The notes: a model not told the origin generated them from the sequence alone. A stretch of 64,000 nucleotides of DNA from Acidimicrobiaceae bacterium (GCA_028404505.1 JAOOBM010000003.1:12330-76329); one strand, 5' to 3'. Counted from the first letter of the stretch, positions 38,241 to 47,811 are shown. Numbers and translations: made by a program.

Positions 38241-38813
38241 TCAGCTATTTAATCTTTGTTGCTCGAAGAAATCTAAGCATTTATTTCGACCTTCTTGAAT
38301 TTTGTCTTCATCATATTCAATATCATAAAACTCAGCTATCTCTTTGTATTGAGACAAAATTTCATTACTCAAGGTTGCCCTGCATGCATTTTCAATAGGT
38401 GCTGCGGGATTAAAACAAGGTATTGTTGGATCAGCTCCATACTCAAGCAATATTTCGCTAACATCAGTATTGCCCCATATTGATGCTACACATAAAGCTG
38501 TAGCATTGTAATTTTCTTTAAAGTTAATAAATATACCAGGATTTTCTAGTATAAATTTAGCTGTTTCTGGCTGGTTATACAAAGCAGAAAGCATTAACGG
38601 CGTATATCCATTTTCATCCTTAATGTTTAAATATTTTCTATTGATTTCAACAAACCTTTTAATTTCATCTAAATCATTATTTTTAATATTTAAAAACATT
38701 TGCTCGTTAGTTACATCATCATAAAAAACTTCAACAGGAGCTTCTTCTGATTGTGCGCAACTTGTAATTAAAAACATAAATACAATTACTGATAAAACTT
38801 TAGATTTTTTCAT
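38241..38813 (-). CDS. ankyrin-repeat lipoprotein
   Basis: Signal peptide with ITSCAQ. ANK repeats (DENGYTPLMLSALYNQPETAKFIL; ATALCVASIWGNTDVSEILLEYGADP). Confidence 0.7.
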   Translation of the reverse strand: MKKSKVLSVIVFMFLITSCAQSEEAPVEVFYDDVTNEQMFLNIKNNDLDEIKRFVEINRKYLNIKDENGYTPLMLSALYNQPETAKFILENPGIFINFKENYNATALCVASIWGNTDVSEILLEYGADPTIPCFNPAAPIENACRATLSNEILSQYKEIAEFYDIEYDEDKIQEGRNKCLDFFEQQRLNS

Positions 38814-38920
38814 TACTTATATAATAACTGTTATGAGTTTTTGGAAATTGATTTCAAAAGATATTCAAATGATGATTATTTTTGTATACCTTGGAAATTT
38901 ATTCGGATTTTTGTTTTTGG

Positions 38921-39511
38921 TTATCTATTTCTCAGCAGTTCAATAACTTTTTCTCTTCCCTCTATAATTTTTGTTTCATCATAAGGAATATTGTATTTTT
39001 CTCCATGATCAACATATAAACTTTTTATGTAATCTGAATAAGGTGCACCTATAGCAATGCTCAATGAAACTGATACTCCAATTTGTGTTTCAAAACATTT
39101 TGCTGATATGTCAGCACCAGCATCTAAAAGAATAGTGACAACACTGGTATGTCCCCAAGCTGCTGCATTACATAGTGGAGTAAAATTATCATCGTTTATC
39201 AGGTTTAGATCTGCACCGGCATCAATTAGTGCATTTGCAATATCTGTTAATCCATAAATTCCAGCAAAATTCAAGGGTGTATTAGAAAACGTTCCATCTT
39301 GAACATTTATATCTGATCCATAAGCAATATGTTGATTTACTGCTTCTAAGTCATCATCTATAACTGCAGATATTAAATCAATAGTTGGTTCTTCAACACT
39401 TGAACTTACTGTTGTTTCAACTGATTCATTGTTTTCAGTTACATCAGCATTTTCACCTCCACATAATGCAATAAGGACAATTATTGGTGTAAGAAAGTAT
39501 TTTTTATTCAT
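38921..39511 (-). CDS. ankyrin-repeat lipoprotein (paralog of 38241..38813)
   Basis: Signal peptide with ALCGG. ANK repeats (NTPLNFAGIYGLTDIANALIDAGADLN; FTPLCNAAAWGHTSVVTILLDAGADI). The C-terminal tail is similar to that of the neighbour. Confidence 0.7.
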   Translation of the reverse strand: MNKKYFLTPIIVLIALCGGENADVTENNESVETTVSSSVEEPTIDLISAVIDDDLEAVNQHIAYGSDINVQDGTFSNTPLNFAGIYGLTDIANALIDAGADLNLINDDNFTPLCNAAAWGHTSVVTILLDAGADISAKCFETQIGVSVSLSIAIGAPYSDYIKSLYVDHGEKYNIPYDETKIIEGREKVIELLRNR

Positions 39512-39573
39512 ATAAGTCGAGTTTAATTAATTGTTTAATACGATGACGCAACTATCTTATTTATTATTTTTAG

Positions 39574-39930
39574 TTAATCAGCGTATTTTTCAGCACCCAT
39601 AAAATGAATAGAAACATAGTCTTCTTCTCCTACAACCCAACTGTCGTGGGGCGTATTGGATACATAGAATATATCTCCAGGACCAATAACTTTTGGCTCC
39701 TCATTTTCAAATGCAACAGTGGCCTTACCACTAATTACCATTCCTAAATGCTCAGTCTCGCAAAATTTTGTACCTGAAAGGGGAGATACATCATCAGACC
39801 ATTTCCATCCTTTATGATAGGTTGCTTTGCCAATTGTCATATGAGGTAAGTTGACTACTTCATATTTTCCTTTATCAAACTCTCTAACCTCATCAGGGTT
39901 TTCGAATCTTTTAATAATGTAATCATCCAT
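39574..39930 (-). CDS. cupin domain protein
   Basis: Cupin motifs (ETEHLGMVISGKATVAFENEE...GPGDIFYV..TPHDSWVV). ATG at 39930 (MDDYIIKRFENPDE) is preferred over the hydrophobic 15-aa extension. Confidence 0.7.
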   Translation of the reverse strand: MDDYIIKRFENPDEVREFDKGKYEVVNLPHMTIGKATYHKGWKWSDDVSPLSGTKFCETEHLGMVISGKATVAFENEEPKVIGPGDIFYVSNTPHDSWVVGEEDYVSIHFMGAEKYAD

Positions 39931-39949
39931 CTGCTTATAATAATTCAGT

Positions 39950-40822
39950 ATGAATAAACAGACACAAAATATCATTAATATATCTTTAACTTTGCTTGCT
40001 ATATATTTTTATAGTTTTACTGCTAGCAATATCGAAACAGAGATTCTTGGTTTCAATTCATTTAAATTTTTGATATCTATGGCAGTATTAATTCAATTTT
40101 TAATATTTGTTCCGTCATTCTTTTTTCAGACCGAAAAATTTTATGATCTTACAGGAAGTCTCACTTATGTATCAGTTACAAGTATTGCTTATTTCTCATT
40201 AGACAACCCAACAACGATAGATACGATACTTTATCTTTATGTCATTGTCTGGGCTGGAAGACTTGGGATTTTTCTATTTAGGAGAATTAATAAAGACGGT
40301 AAGGATGAGAGATTTGATAAAGCGAAGAAAAAATTCTTTTGGTTCTTACAATATTGGATGGGACAAGCGGCATGGGTAGTCTTTACGGCTGGTGCTTCTA
40401 TACTTGCTATCCTTTCTCCAGTTGAAACTGAATTAGGAGTTCTAGCTTTTATTGGAATATTTTTATGGTGGTCAGGGTTCTTAATTGAAGTTATTGCTGA
40501 TTATCAAAAAAGAAAATTTAGAGAAACATCAGATCCAAAAACCGAGTTCATATCAACTGGCCTTTGGGCAAGATCTCGTCATCCAAACTATTTTGGTGAA
40601 ATAACGCTTTGGATTGGTATGACTGTATTATCGCTTAGTTCGTTATCTGGAATTGAATATGTTACAGCAATAGTTTCTCCAGTCTTTGTTTACTTACTTT
40701 TAAGAAAAGCAGAGGGAGTTCCTATGTTGGAGCGTATTGCTGACGAACGTTATGGTGATTTACTTGAGTATCAACAATACAAAGAGAACACTCCTGTACT
40801 TATGATGAAATTATTTAAATAA
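39950..40822 (+). CDS. DUF1295 / steroid 5-alpha-reductase-like membrane protein
   Basis: Polytopic. GLWARSRHPNYFGE signature. Confidence 0.7.
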   Translation: MNKQTQNIINISLTLLAIYFYSFTASNIETEILGFNSFKFLISMAVLIQFLIFVPSFFFQTEKFYDLTGSLTYVSVTSIAYFSLDNPTTIDTILYLYVIVWAGRLGIFLFRRINKDGKDERFDKAKKKFFWFLQYWMGQAAWVVFTAGASILAILSPVETELGVLAFIGIFLWWSGFLIEVIADYQKRKFRETSDPKTEFISTGLWARSRHPNYFGEITLWIGMTVLSLSSLSGIEYVTAIVSPVFVYLLLRKAEGVPMLERIADERYGDLLEYQQYKENTPVLMMKLFK

Positions 40823-40823
40823 T

Positions 40824-41618
40824 ATGAAAAAATCTTTGATTTTGCCAATCATACTCCTTGTTACGTGTGGCGGATCTCAAGAAAACATATCCGATGTTGC
40901 ATATCAAGAACCATTTATATCTGATTCAATTCAGGAAATGAGTACATCTAGATCAATGGAATTGTCTACCGGTGATTATATTATTAAAACCGCCTACGGA
41001 ACCATAGAAGTATCATCGTCAAATTTTCAAAATACTATTAATGAATTTGAAACATTAATTTTGAATTATGAAGGATCTATATCAAATACATATTTATCAA
41101 CTAACCATCAAGGATTACAAAGTTATACACTAACCGTAAATATCCCAGCTGAACAATTTGATAAATTTATAAGTGATTTAGAAGATATATCAGAATTTAA
41201 AAATATCAGTATCAATGCAAATGATGTGACAACTTATGTATTGAATATTGATTCACGTCTCAAAGCTCTTATCAATGAGAAACAAGAGCTTGAAAAGATA
41301 AAATCTGATGCTTTAAATACATCCGAAAAACTAGAGGTTCAGTCGCAGTTGAGGTATATCAATCAGGAAATTGAAATTTTAAAAGATCAAAAAGAGTTTT
41401 ATGAAACGTCTGTAAACTATTCAACACTTTCTTTAGAGATAAGGGAGGGTGCTGGAATTTCACTATTTTCCTGGAATTATTATGTTGAGAGGGCTCTGAA
41501 CTGGTTAGAGTCGCTAATTGGATATCTTGTATCTATTTCAATAGTTGGTATCCCAATAGTTATATTTATTTATTCTGTAAGAAAATTTTCAATTAAGAGA
41601 AATAATATAAAAACGTAA
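40824..41618 (+). CDS. DUF4349-like lipoprotein with C-terminal TM anchor
   Basis: Lipobox LVTCGG. TLTVNIPAEQFDKFISDLEDI...NDVTTYVLNIDSRLKAL matches the DUF4349 pattern from memory. Confidence 0.6.
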   Translation: MKKSLILPIILLVTCGGSQENISDVAYQEPFISDSIQEMSTSRSMELSTGDYIIKTAYGTIEVSSSNFQNTINEFETLILNYEGSISNTYLSTNHQGLQSYTLTVNIPAEQFDKFISDLEDISEFKNISINANDVTTYVLNIDSRLKALINEKQELEKIKSDALNTSEKLEVQSQLRYINQEIEILKDQKEFYETSVNYSTLSLEIREGAGISLFSWNYYVERALNWLESLIGYLVSISIVGIPIVIFIYSVRKFSIKRNNIKT

Positions 41619-41623
41619 GTGAT

Positions 41624-42829
41624 ATGAGTCAAAATATTGTTGAGACTGAGTATCAATCTACATTACCTATCAAGGGAATATGTCATGATGATTTCCAAAA
41701 TGTAGCTGAAATATTTGCTGAAAATTTTGATAAATATTCCGAAATAGGTTCTTCATTATGTGTTATTGCTGATGGGGAAGTTACTGTAGATTTATTTACA
41801 GGTCATACAACAAACCAGAAGAACGAAGAGTGGAATGAAAACACATTAGCTGTTGCGTTTTCATGCACAAAAGCTGCTGTTGCTTTATGTGCTCATATTT
41901 TAATTGATAAAGGACTTCTTAATGTTGAAGAAAAAGTAACAAAGTATTGGCCTGAATATGGCAAGAATGGAAAAGAAGACACAACAGTAGAGATGATATT
42001 GAATCATTCTGCCGGGTTACCAGCTGTAAAAACGAGGGTAAAAGATGGTGGCTTTTTAGATTGGGACTATGTTGTTAATTTATTGGAAAATGAAGAACCT
42101 TTTTGGACACCGGGAGAGCAAACAGGCTATCACATGATGACAACAGGATGGTTAATAGGGGAAATAATTAGAAGAATTTCTAGTAAATCTTTAGGGCAAT
42201 TTTTCAAAGAAGAAATTAGTGATCCATTAAATCTTGAGTACTGGATTGGTTTACCTGAGAGAGAGGATCTCAGAGTAGCTAAAGTTACTCCTTTCACATC
42301 TAGTCCATCAGATAAACCCAGCGCATTTGCCGATGCATTTAGAAATGACCTATCATCTATGCAGAGATTATCACTTACAAATACCGGTGGTTATGACTAC
42401 AACTCATCAGACACTTATAGGTCTGAATTAGGGGGAGTTGGAGGTATTACAAATGCACGGTCACTAGCTGAAATGATGAAACCACTAGCACAAAACAATG
42501 AAAGTATTCTTTCTAAAGAAGGTGTTAAGCGTTTAAGTCAATCAAATATTAGATCAAATATAGATAGTATGCTTTTACTTCCAACAAACTTTTCTGAAGG
42601 ATTTATGTTAAATATGGACAACAGAGGAAAATTTGAAGGCGAAGGGGGCTCTTTTTTAATTGGTAATAGTGCGTTTGGTCATGTTGGATTTGGTGGAAGT
42701 AGCGCAACATTTGCTGATCCTGATTGTAATTTAGCTTTTGGTTACCTTGTAAACAAATTAGGTGGTGAATATTTAATTAGTGAAAGGGGACAAAGCCTAA
42801 TTGATGAAGCATATAAATCATTAATCTAA
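41624..42829 (+). CDS. serine hydrolase (class C beta-lactamase / EstB-like esterase family)
   Basis: S-x-x-K motif FSCTKA. Y-x-N-region-like HSAGLP and overall family pattern. Confidence 0.8.
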   Translation: MSQNIVETEYQSTLPIKGICHDDFQNVAEIFAENFDKYSEIGSSLCVIADGEVTVDLFTGHTTNQKNEEWNENTLAVAFSCTKAAVALCAHILIDKGLLNVEEKVTKYWPEYGKNGKEDTTVEMILNHSAGLPAVKTRVKDGGFLDWDYVVNLLENEEPFWTPGEQTGYHMMTTGWLIGEIIRRISSKSLGQFFKEEISDPLNLEYWIGLPEREDLRVAKVTPFTSSPSDKPSAFADAFRNDLSSMQRLSLTNTGGYDYNSSDTYRSELGGVGGITNARSLAEMMKPLAQNNESILSKEGVKRLSQSNIRSNIDSMLLLPTNFSEGFMLNMDNRGKFEGEGGSFLIGNSAFGHVGFGGSSATFADPDCNLAFGYLVNKLGGEYLISERGQSLIDEAYKSLI

Positions 42830-42994
42830 ATTTTCTTTATCTACATCATTTAATTATTATTTAAACGGCTATCTATTTTGAGGAATTTAAATAGCTATTT
42901 AGATAAGGGGTTTTTCCAGGATGGGAACCCTCTTATCTTACATCAGACAAATTCGCTAAAACCAACGACGATTTCAACTGTTAAAATTATCTAT

Positions 42995-43414
42995 ATGGAA
43001 GTAATTAAACCAGATAATAAAGACTTTAGAATTGCTGAACTACACGTTGAAGGCTTATCTAATCCTCAGATTGCTGATGCATTAGGTATTAATAGATCTA
43101 CTGTTTATAGAAGATTGCAAACCGCACAATGCAAAGCTGTTGTAAATGAAATACGAAATATTTACCATAATTCATTAACTGCAAGATTGCATAATTTAGC
43201 TGCAAAAGTAATCACTGCTTATGATAAAAAGGTTTTAGACGGTGATGTAACTGCTGGAGAGTTAAATGGATTTTTAAGAGTAATATCCAACTTATTTATA
43301 AAGGATCCCATTCTGTATGAATTTGAAAATCCAGAAATCGTAAGTTATTTACAATTTCAAAGAGACCTAGATGTTACACCTGTCGAGAGATTTAAGAATG
43401 CTGAGTATAATTAA
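42995..43414 (+). CDS. helix-turn-helix DNA-binding protein (sigma-70 region 4 / LuxR-like HTH)
   Basis: FRIAELHVEGLSNPQIADALGINRSTVYRRLQ. ATG at 42995 is preferred; the TTG-initiated extension from 42878 runs through a structured leader. Confidence 0.5.
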   Translation: MEVIKPDNKDFRIAELHVEGLSNPQIADALGINRSTVYRRLQTAQCKAVVNEIRNIYHNSLTARLHNLAAKVITAYDKKVLDGDVTAGELNGFLRVISNLFIKDPILYEFENPEIVSYLQFQRDLDVTPVERFKNAEYN

Positions 43415-43420
43415 TACAGA

Positions 43421-44572
43421 ATGAAAAAAGCACCTTTATTTTGCTTTCTACTATTTCTTACTTGTGGAGGAGCAGAAAGTGACACAATTGTTATTCAAGA
43501 TTCCTCTGACGTTACAGTCCTAGATTCTTCAACTACTACTATCCAAGACACGACAACTTCTTCACAAGAAACCACCACAACTATTGAGGACACAACAACA
43601 ACATCAATATATAAAAATAAATGTGACGATTGCGAATATGTATCTATCAATGAATTGATTTTAAACATTAATAATGTACCAAAATTTGCATGGAATGATT
43701 ATCAAAGAATTTCAAATGAAAATATTAATTTTCAAAGTGAATCATTCGAAATCATATTAAATGTTGGTCCATCTACCAACTTATATTTTCAAGATAATGA
43801 AAAATATATTCAAAAGGGAATTAGTTTTTGGCAAAATTTTAATCTTCCAGAAAAGTATTACGGATTCTTTTATAACTATGGAGATCTTGATTGGGCTACA
43901 AGTGAGTTAACTACTACTGGTTTTGAAGGTGGGATGGCAAAAGCTCCATGTCGTGATGGTATATGTACCGGGGCTAACTCAGGAATATATCAAAGACCTC
44001 CTCATTTCGGAGTGGGTGTATTTGGTATTCATAGTGGAGATTCAAAAGATGCTTATAGGTACGGTCCATTACATATTCATGAAGTAACACATTCAGTTGT
44101 TGCATCTCAATGGATAGGTAATGCTAGCAATCCCCAACAAAGTGCTAATGATGCTTCACCTTGTTGGTTAAATGAGGGAATTGCTCATGCAGCTGGAATA
44201 TCACTTGGAGTTGATACATATGATGAATATTTAGATATGAGATCATCTCAAGTTACTGCTAGACATATACAAGCACCATTTAATGATTACTCAGCTCCTA
44301 CAGTTTTAGATTTTTACAATAAAAGTATTCCTGGGCTTTGTATTAAAAATCCTGATTATGTGCTTGGATATTCCATCGGTTATTTAACAGTTGAAGCCAT
44401 GAATGCAATGTCAGGTGCTGACTCTGCAATGCATATGTATTCAATAATGGCATCTGGAAGTGATTTTGAGGAAGCTTTTCAAATTACTTATGACATATCA
44501 TGGAAAGATGCAAAACCACTTTTTGCTGAGTATATAAGTGCTGTTATAAGTAATTTGTTTACATCGTATTAA
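43421..44572 (+). CDS. secreted lipoprotein, gluzincin (M1-like HExxH...WLNEG) metallopeptidase domain
   Basis: Lipobox FLTCGG and a Thr/Ser-rich linker. HIHEVTHSVVASQW followed 25 aa later by CWLNEGIAHA, the spacing and motif of MA-clan M1-like peptidases. Confidence 0.55.
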   Translation: MKKAPLFCFLLFLTCGGAESDTIVIQDSSDVTVLDSSTTTIQDTTTSSQETTTTIEDTTTTSIYKNKCDDCEYVSINELILNINNVPKFAWNDYQRISNENINFQSESFEIILNVGPSTNLYFQDNEKYIQKGISFWQNFNLPEKYYGFFYNYGDLDWATSELTTTGFEGGMAKAPCRDGICTGANSGIYQRPPHFGVGVFGIHSGDSKDAYRYGPLHIHEVTHSVVASQWIGNASNPQQSANDASPCWLNEGIAHAAGISLGVDTYDEYLDMRSSQVTARHIQAPFNDYSAPTVLDFYNKSIPGLCIKNPDYVLGYSIGYLTVEAMNAMSGADSAMHMYSIMASGSDFEEAFQITYDISWKDAKPLFAEYISAVISNLFTSY

Positions 44573-44593
44573 TTTGAAAGAATATAAATAATT

Positions 44594-45628
44594 ATGGAAA
44601 TTGGAATAGACTCGTTTGCTAAAAAAACTCAAACTAATGACGGTGGGACAGTGGATGATGATGCAAAAGCAATGTCTGAATTAATTGATAGAATTGTACA
44701 TGCAGATAAAGTGGGACTTGATGTTTTTGGACTTGGAGAGCATCACAGAGAAGAATTCCTAGATTCAGCAGCTCATAATATACTTGCAGCAGCTGCGGCA
44801 AAAACAGACAATATAAAACTTACAAGTGCAGTCGCAGTTATCAGTGCAACAGATCCTGTTAGACTTTTTCAAAATTATGCAACCTTAGATCTTATTTCAA
44901 ATGGAAGAGCCGGCATTGTCGCTGGTAGAGGATCTTTTACCGAAGCTTTTCCTTTGTTTGGTTTAGATTTCGGTGATTATGATGATTTATATGCTGAGAA
45001 GCTTGATCTTTTACTAAAAATTAGAGATGAAGAACATGTTACTTGGTCTGGTAAATTTAGACCTCCTTTAGTTAACCAAATCGTATATCCAAGACCTGTA
45101 CAGGATAAATTACCGATATGGGTTGGAGTTGGGGGAACACCTGCATCTTTTGTTCGGGCAGGAACTCTTGGTTTACCATTAATGATTGCTGTTATTGGTG
45201 GTGAAACACATAGGTTTAGACCACTAGTAGATCTTTATTACGAGGCAGCAGAAAAAGCGGGTCATGATAAATCTACTTTAAAGATTGGATTACATTCTTT
45301 AGGTTTCGTTGCTAATACTAAAGAGGAGGCTATTGAGAAATATTACCCTGGTTACAGAATCTGGTTCAATCAAATTGGTAAAGAACGAGGATGGCCACCC
45401 GTCACAATGGAGAGATTTGGAGAACAAATAGGGGATCTGGGTGCTTATGTAATTGGAGGCCCCGAAGAAGTTGCAGATAAATTAGTAAGACATAGTGAAG
45501 CTTTAGGGGGATTATCACGTTTTACATTTCAGATAGATAATGCAGGTTTAAGTCACGATGATTTGTTACAAACATTTACGCTAATTGGAGAAGTAGTAAA
45601 ACCACTTGTTAATGAACGGCTTCAATAA
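44594..45628 (+). CDS. LLM-class flavin/F420-dependent oxidoreductase
   Basis: GLGEHHREEF, SNGRAGIVAGRGSF and other luciferase-like monooxygenase family patterns. Confidence 0.8.
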   Translation: MEIGIDSFAKKTQTNDGGTVDDDAKAMSELIDRIVHADKVGLDVFGLGEHHREEFLDSAAHNILAAAAAKTDNIKLTSAVAVISATDPVRLFQNYATLDLISNGRAGIVAGRGSFTEAFPLFGLDFGDYDDLYAEKLDLLLKIRDEEHVTWSGKFRPPLVNQIVYPRPVQDKLPIWVGVGGTPASFVRAGTLGLPLMIAVIGGETHRFRPLVDLYYEAAEKAGHDKSTLKIGLHSLGFVANTKEEAIEKYYPGYRIWFNQIGKERGWPPVTMERFGEQIGDLGAYVIGGPEEVADKLVRHSEALGGLSRFTFQIDNAGLSHDDLLQTFTLIGEVVKPLVNERLQ

Positions 45629-45702
45629 GAGAATTTAAATTATTCAATTGGATTTAATTATTAATTGTGTAATATTTAATTAGGTAATAAGCCTGTTACC
45701 TC

Positions 45703-45734
45703 AAAAAAGAGTTCAGGAAACTGGACTCTTTTTT
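45703..45734. terminator. bidirectional rho-independent terminator
   Basis: AAAAAGAGT-T-CAG-gaaa-CTG-G-ACTCTTTTTT lies between convergent genes. An A-tract and a T-tract flank the stem. Confidence 0.6.
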
Positions 45735-45753
45735 ACATAATAGAACTATTTTT

Positions 45754-46128
45754 TTAGCTAAGCCCACCTTTATATCTTTTAGATATGGGATTCATGGGTG
45801 CAAGATTTTCCATTAACTCATCTGATACATCACCAAGAACGGTCATTTTTTCAATATTTGCTATCTCTCGAAATTTTAAATTAACAGGTGTTCCCATCAC
45901 TTTTCCAGCTAACCCTTGAAAATTTTCTGATTTCTCAAAAACCTCAACCAAAGTTCCTGTGTTGGAATCTTCATCAAGAAACCATTCAAACTTAATCAAT
46001 CCTTCAGGATCGACACTATCAATAAACTGGCATTGTTCATTCAATATGAAATCTGTAAACATTTCCCTGTCATCGAATGACACATCAATAATTACTGTTA
46101 TGTTTCCACTGTTATTATGTAGTTGCAT
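45754..46128 (-). CDS. hypothetical protein (possibly ABM/dimeric alpha-beta barrel-like)
   Basis: 124-aa ORF. The family assignment is only a weak impression. Confidence 0.35.
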   Translation of the reverse strand: MQLHNNSGNITVIIDVSFDDREMFTDFILNEQCQFIDSVDPEGLIKFEWFLDEDSNTGTLVEVFEKSENFQGLAGKVMGTPVNLKFREIANIEKMTVLGDVSDELMENLAPMNPISKRYKGGLS

Positions 46129-46138
46129 TTTTCTCCTT

Positions 46139-47674
46139 TTATATCTCTTTAATTATAGAACTTGCTGTGTCAACTCTAATGTCGTGTGAAGCTTTCCAAC
46201 TTTCTGCAGTATTAACAATTGCTGATATAGGTCCATAGCTATTTTGTAAATCGTTAAGTTGATTCACTTTATGACCTTTCTTAATAAGATCATTAATGAT
46301 TTTTTCATCTATTCCAGGTTCAATATTTATTTCAGATACTGATTCTTTTCCAAATTCATCAATATTCCATCTAGGAGATATCATTGCATTTTCTAAATTT
46401 TCATTTTTAAGTAATTTTAAAATAAAATTGCTTAATAGTTGTGGTTGATATCTTCCACCTCTTGTACCTATGACCATATCCAGATTTCCATCTACACTCC
46501 ATATGGTTGGAGATAATGTATGAAGTGGTTTTCTTCCTGCCCTTAATGAGTTTGGATGATTCTCAATCAGATTAAATCCTGCCCCTCTATTGTGCAAAAA
46601 GAATCCTAAATCATCAACACCAATAGTGCTACCAATACCATGAAAATTAGATTGAATTAGTGAGACTGCATTCCCATCATTATCTTTAGTGCACATGTAT
46701 GCCGTTCCACCACCTAGTTCTTTTGGTTGACCAAATACTGAGGTCATATTTTTATTAATCAGTTTTGAAAGAGTTTTAAGATATTCAAGATTAAGCCCAT
46801 TAAATTGCTGTATATTTTCACCATAATCATATGTCAGGTCATCTCGCTCAGATGCAATTGCTCTATATGATTCAACAAGTGTATGAAAGTCAATATTATC
46901 TGATCCATCATCTAGGAGCTCATAAATTTTCAATGTTCCGAGTGTTAGATAACTTTGTGTGTGAGGGGGAGTAACCCAGCCTGTTTTGCCGTACACATCT
47001 ATTGATAAAGGTTCAATCCACTTTGATTCAAAAGTTCTCATATCGTCTTCAGTGATTACATGATTAAGCGTTTCTGAAATTTTCTTTGCAACTGATCCTG
47101 TATAAAAATATTCAGGACCATCGATACTTAAACGTTTTAAAGTTTTACCAAGTAAGTTTCTTTTAATAATTGCTCCTATTTCTGGTGTTTCACCATCAGG
47201 AAATAATTCCGAACCCGATTCTTGTTTAATTAATGTATCTTTATGCAATGAAAGGGAATGATGTAGTTCAGTTGAGACTTTAAAACCTTTATCACATATA
47301 TCAATTGCAGGTCTAAAAATTTCATCAATACTTAATTTCCCAAATTGTTGATGCATCTCAAACCAGCCTTTAACAACTCCTGGAACAGTTACCGACATTG
47401 GGTGATCTAAAGGAATACTTTCTTGAGAAGTTAATTGTGAAATATCTACATTTGAACCAGCATATCCTGAAGAATCTAAACAATAAGGAGTGTTCTCACC
47501 ATTAATCCAAATTAGTGAAAATAAATCACCACCTATTCCACAAGTCTCAGGTGCTACAACTCCTTGGACAATATTGGTACTGATTGCTGCATCAACAGCG
47601 TTACCACCGTTATTAAGAATATCCATTCCTGCATTGGTTGAAAGATAATGTGGAGAAACTACGATGTTAGACAT
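46139..47674 (-). CDS. gamma-glutamyltransferase family protein
   Basis: N-terminal SPHYLSTNAGMDIL..GGNAVDAA and the nucleophile region GGGTAYMCTKDNDGNAVSLIQSNFHGIGS. Confidence 0.85.
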   Translation of the reverse strand: MSNIVVSPHYLSTNAGMDILNNGGNAVDAAISTNIVQGVVAPETCGIGGDLFSLIWINGENTPYCLDSSGYAGSNVDISQLTSQESIPLDHPMSVTVPGVVKGWFEMHQQFGKLSIDEIFRPAIDICDKGFKVSTELHHSLSLHKDTLIKQESGSELFPDGETPEIGAIIKRNLLGKTLKRLSIDGPEYFYTGSVAKKISETLNHVITEDDMRTFESKWIEPLSIDVYGKTGWVTPPHTQSYLTLGTLKIYELLDDGSDNIDFHTLVESYRAIASERDDLTYDYGENIQQFNGLNLEYLKTLSKLINKNMTSVFGQPKELGGGTAYMCTKDNDGNAVSLIQSNFHGIGSTIGVDDLGFFLHNRGAGFNLIENHPNSLRAGRKPLHTLSPTIWSVDGNLDMVIGTRGGRYQPQLLSNFILKLLKNENLENAMISPRWNIDEFGKESVSEINIEPGIDEKIINDLIKKGHKVNQLNDLQNSYGPISAIVNTAESWKASHDIRVDTASSIIKEI

Positions 47675-47811
47675 TAATTAAAGTATCTATAAAATGCTAA
47701 GACAATAAATGATCCCCAAATTATTTTCTCAAAACGTTTTGTAATCCAGAGTCTTCCATATGATTTGTGAAATCCAAAAAATAAAAAGAATTTTCTAATG
47801 ATTGTGCTCAT
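47674..47811 (-). CDS. 45-aa hydrophobic/basic micro-protein (not in ORF track)
   Basis: Hand translation gives MSTIIRKFFLFFGFHKSYGRLWITKRFEKIIWGSFIVLAFYRYFN. Its ATG overlaps the upstream stop (ATGA) and its TAA overlaps the GGT-family ATG (TAATG). Confidence 0.4.
   Translation of the reverse strand: MSTIIRKFFLFFGFHKSYGRLWITKRFEKIIWGSFIVLAFYRYFN

Noticed and set aside
38833-38946. 37-codon + strand ORF (MSFWKLISKDIQMMIIFVYLGNLFGFLFLVIYFSAVQ) between the two ankyrin genes
   Set aside because: It overlaps the 3' end of the minus-strand ankyrin gene by 26 nt, has no coupling or SD, and the evidence is hydrophobic composition alone. I cannot distinguish it from chance.
42878-42994. TTG-initiated 39-codon extension of the HTH protein
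   Set aside because: The peptide has no domain-like character and the DNA forms strong hairpins. I treat it as a leader/regulatory region instead.
36929-45753. Possible tRNA-Val-flanked genomic island (MFS, ankyrin lipoproteins, cupin, DUF1295, DUF4349, esterase, HTH, peptidase, LLM)
   Set aside because: There is no integrase, recombinase or mobility gene. I found no direct repeat of the tRNA 3' end by eye and no obvious compositional shift. This would need comparative genomics.
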